64,000 nt of DNA. Origin: Camelus ferus (Eukaryota). The stretch is taken from the NCBI RefSeq assembly GCF_009834535.1, contig NC_045697.1, forward strand, positions 11,472,001 through 11,536,000, given 5' to 3'. The position numbers and the translations under genes were made by a program. Each line of letters starts with the position of its first letter. Position 1 is the stretch's first letter. Positions 60,971 to 64,000 of the stretch are shown piece by piece. Below the pieces are notes generated by a model that saw only the letters and a list, made by a program, of their open reading frames with translations, made no database searches and had not been told where the DNA came from.

Positions 60971-61589
60971 CATGTCACAGAACCATTGAGTCAAAATAGC
61001 CCAGGCTTCATTTACCTTCGACAAAGCAGCTTCTAGGAGAGTGAAGACTGGTCTTGAGGAAACAGTTCACACCTGGTGTGTTTAATGACACAACCCAGGG
61101 GGCATTTGAATCCACTTCTGCAGAGCATTTGAATGAAATTAACTCATCCCATCTCAGATACGTGTACTCCTTCTAATCTTTAGACTCTGGTCAGCCTCGC
61201 CAGCGATCTCTTTCAGGGTGGAACTCGGTGTGAGGAGACAGGGCAATCATAAGGCTAGTCTCGAGAATCCCCACCCCTAGGGGGCCGTCGGGTTCCTTCA
61301 TGGCTCCACACAAGGCTCCTTAGTTAACTGGATCCATGCTGGTCCTCAGGCATGAATCCTGGGACCCTCCTAAGTCATTTTACTCTTCTCTCTTCGTGTC
61401 CAAAAGGAATCTTTTGGGCACTGATTCTGTGGTGGGTACCCTGCTAGGATCAGGAGTATAGGGGCTTACAACATGGTTCCTATCACTGAAGAATTCACAA
61501 ATTAGTGGGGGAAACCAACAAATAGGGAATTACTATCCATTGCAATCATTACTGAGTAGAGAAAACCAAGAGTGCTCACATCCCTCACC

Positions 61590-61757
61590 ACTCCATCTGT
61601 GGTCCTGGCTCCAGCAGGACCACCACCAGCAGCTGCAGCACCTGGAAGCTTGTTAGAAATGCAGAATCTCAGGCGCCACCAGACCTACTGAATCGGAGTC
61701 TGCATTTTAACAAGATCCCAGGTGACTCGTGTCTACATTCGAGCCTGAGGGGCACCG
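61590..61757 (+). mobile_element. MER5A/B hAT-Charlie
   Basis: gcttgttagaaatgcagaatctcagg...cagacctactgaatcggagtctgcattttaacaagatcccaggtga. Confidence 0.88.
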
Positions 61758-61772
61758 GAACAGAAGACTGAA

Positions 61773-61854
61773 GGAGGTAGCCAACTATCCCGATCAGGAC
61801 TTGCAGTGCTAAAACCAGGACAGCCTCCGTCAAACCAGAACAGTTAGTCATCCT
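61773..61854 (-). mobile_element. MER94-like hAT-Blackjack fragment
   Basis: cagtgctaaaaccaggacag...aaaccagaacagttagtcatcct. Confidence 0.65.
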
Positions 61855-62373
61855 AAACAGAAGGCCACCGAACTGTGACTTGAGGGGTAAGGAGCAACTT
61901 GCAGGAACACAGAAGCCTAAGATGACATAGAGGAGTTAGTTAGGCAGATAGAAACCGCTAATGTGGGCAATTCCTCTCAAGGCAGCAAATGTGTTTGGTG
62001 TAGGTTTACAAACTCATGCCCAGAAGTCTAGCTTAGCATCATAACACCTCAGTGGCTACCAAGGGGTCAGGTGTGTGGGTCCAGACAGCACACCTCAAAA
62101 CGTTCCATCCATACCTCAATGAAGTTACCACATTTTGGGGATTAATTTGCATGTCAAGGGTTTTGTTGAATTTTCATGTATATATTTCCCAAAGTATTAA
62201 AAAGTGCTAAAAAGAAAAATAGTTTGGAATCCTCTGTTGCAGGGGAGGAAAGTAAGACTGTATGGCCAGGAAGACCTGGGTTTAAATCCGAGCTCTTTTG
62301 TTTACTGGCTGTGTGAGCGTGAACAATTCATATCAATCCTGAGCTTCAGTTCCTCGTCCATAGAGCGGGGTCT

Positions 62374-62809
62374 TGTCAGAGGTCCCCAAGGCCACCCTCA
62401 GGTCTGGTGATTCACTAGGAATCACAGAGCTCAGAAAAGTTGGTATACTCATGGTTATGGTCTAGTACAGTGAAAGGATACAGATTAAAATCCCCAAAGG
62501 AAAAAGGTGCTTAGGACAGAGTCCAGGAGAGACAAATGCTAGGTTCCAGGTGCCTTCCCCCAGTGGATTCATACAAGTATCAACTTACATCTCATGTCAT
62601 ATGTGTTCACCATAAATCCCATGTTAATATAAGCTATCTGCACTATGTAGTATGGGCCATGGCCCAGATATACAATTATACTCTTTCTAGACAGGATATT
62701 CCCAGGATTCAGAGATGATCTTCCAGAAGCAGGTCAAGGGCCAGTCCCTTCTTTGAAATGTGCAGGATTTGAGCACCCTGAGTCTGCTGAATTAACTCTT
62801 TATCACTCA
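62374..62809 (-). mobile_element. ERVL solo LTR (MER68-like) inserted in a MIR
   Basis: ggtccccaaggccaccctcagg...cagtgaaaggatacagattaaaatc...ggtcaagggccagtcc...tgctgaattaactcttta. Confidence 0.8.
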
Positions 62810-63119
62810 GGGGGATAGTAACCTTTACCTTGCAATAGACAGGTTCTTATATTGTAACACGTAACAAGCAGTGATGGTAAGAAAGCTTTCATTATTCCCT
62901 GAATAAAAAATACCTTTTGTCTAAGCTTTTCTATGATTCCACCGCTTCAACCATTCTCCCTTCCTTAGGCAAATCCCATCCTTTCCCATTGATAAATCAT
63001 TTTTTTAAAGTCCATCCACCAGGAAGGCTTCCCTACAGACCAAACCCACAGCAATCCATCTTGCTCCTTCCGGCTGGCATTTGGATTCATATCTCATGGC
63101 TACTTTTTTTCTAAAGGAA

Positions 63120-64000
63120 TATGGTATTATTTTTGTAAAAATAATGTATGCTTATTATGAATTCAAGCAATATAGAAAAGCACACATACACACATACAAA
63201 TTAAAATATCACCTCAAATTATTCCACTCAAAACTAATTTTTAGGTGAATACTGTTCTGCATGTTCGTCTATATGTAAATATACATAGATGACAGATTGA
63301 TAGATGTTTTTCTAAAAATAGAGTCATGCTATAAAGCACTAGTCTTCATCAAAAGCGCTTAATTTTTTTTGAATTTACCAAAACAAAGAAATTAAAACAA
63401 AATAGAAGGAATTGCTAATCTTGAAATGAATCTTTACCTTAATAGCTATTTTAAAATACTCGGTTGTTGAGAAATAAAATGATGATGATCACAATTAGAG
63501 GCATTCGGTGATTTTTCAAACTACAAGTTTCAATTTTAGGCAGCACTGATTGACTCCCAGAAATGATGAAGCCATTAGCACTCACACACTTCCTCCCACC
63601 ATCCCTCCCACCACCTCCTGATTTTTGTTAGTTTCAGCATCATTTTTACAGTGTCAAGGTGTGTAGCATTTGCACTCTGCTTTGTAAAAGTAATTCGCAC
63701 CATTATTTAGTATCAGGTCTCTATATAAGTTGATTCAATGCTCACTTTTACCACATCCATTCCTGAGTTCCATGCTTTGATTCATCTCTTAAGTGACCTG
63801 ATTTCATTTTTAAGTAATTTTTTTTTCCAATAAGAGCTCAGGGGTTGAGTTATGTGAGTTAGTTAAGAATATCTGCCTGTTGCCCTTGTTATTGAATAAC
63901 ATCTTGGTTATGTTTGATATTCTTGAATCACACTTTCTTCCAGAAAATGTAGACGCTGGTCTATTACCTTTGACTACTGAATAATGGCTGTGGTCAGCCT
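63120..64000 (-). mobile_element. Old L1M fragments running off the window end
   Basis: AT-rich antisense L1-like text, e.g. gaatatctgcctgttgccc...ttcttgaatcacactttctt. Confidence 0.45.

Overview
This is mammalian genomic DNA, most likely camelid. It carries four tRNA-Ala(AGC)-derived Vic-1-type SINEs and camelid/artiodactyl-type L1 3' ends, and I saw no Alu, B1/B2, BovB, Bov-A2 or PRE-1. I found no credible intact protein-coding gene in the 64 kb. The ORF track is explained by decayed transposons, microsatellites and chance ORFs; the only protein remnants I recognise are L1 ORF2 (~14.3-16.6 kb) and a hAT transposase C-terminus (~31.0-31.3 kb). Much of the window is eutherian repeat: MIR, L2, L3, L1, MaLR/ERVL/ERV1 solo LTRs, and hAT and Tigger DNA transposons. 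Many are nested and have readable target-site duplications. LTRs lie in both orientations, which fits an intergenic region or gene desert. Several repeat-free, motif-rich islands (~10.3-10.9, 22.2-22.9, 42.1-42.9 and 60.1-60.8 kb) look like cis-regulatory elements. The best leads are a pre-miRNA-sized hairpin in the 10.4 kb island, an LTR41-borne CTCF motif, a 104-bp tandem duplication with STAT5/BCL6 and ONECUT motifs, and a 111-nt exon-like cassette. I cannot support a novel multi-gene system here. Repeat family names come from recalled consensus sequences, not a database search, and boundaries without TSDs are approximate.
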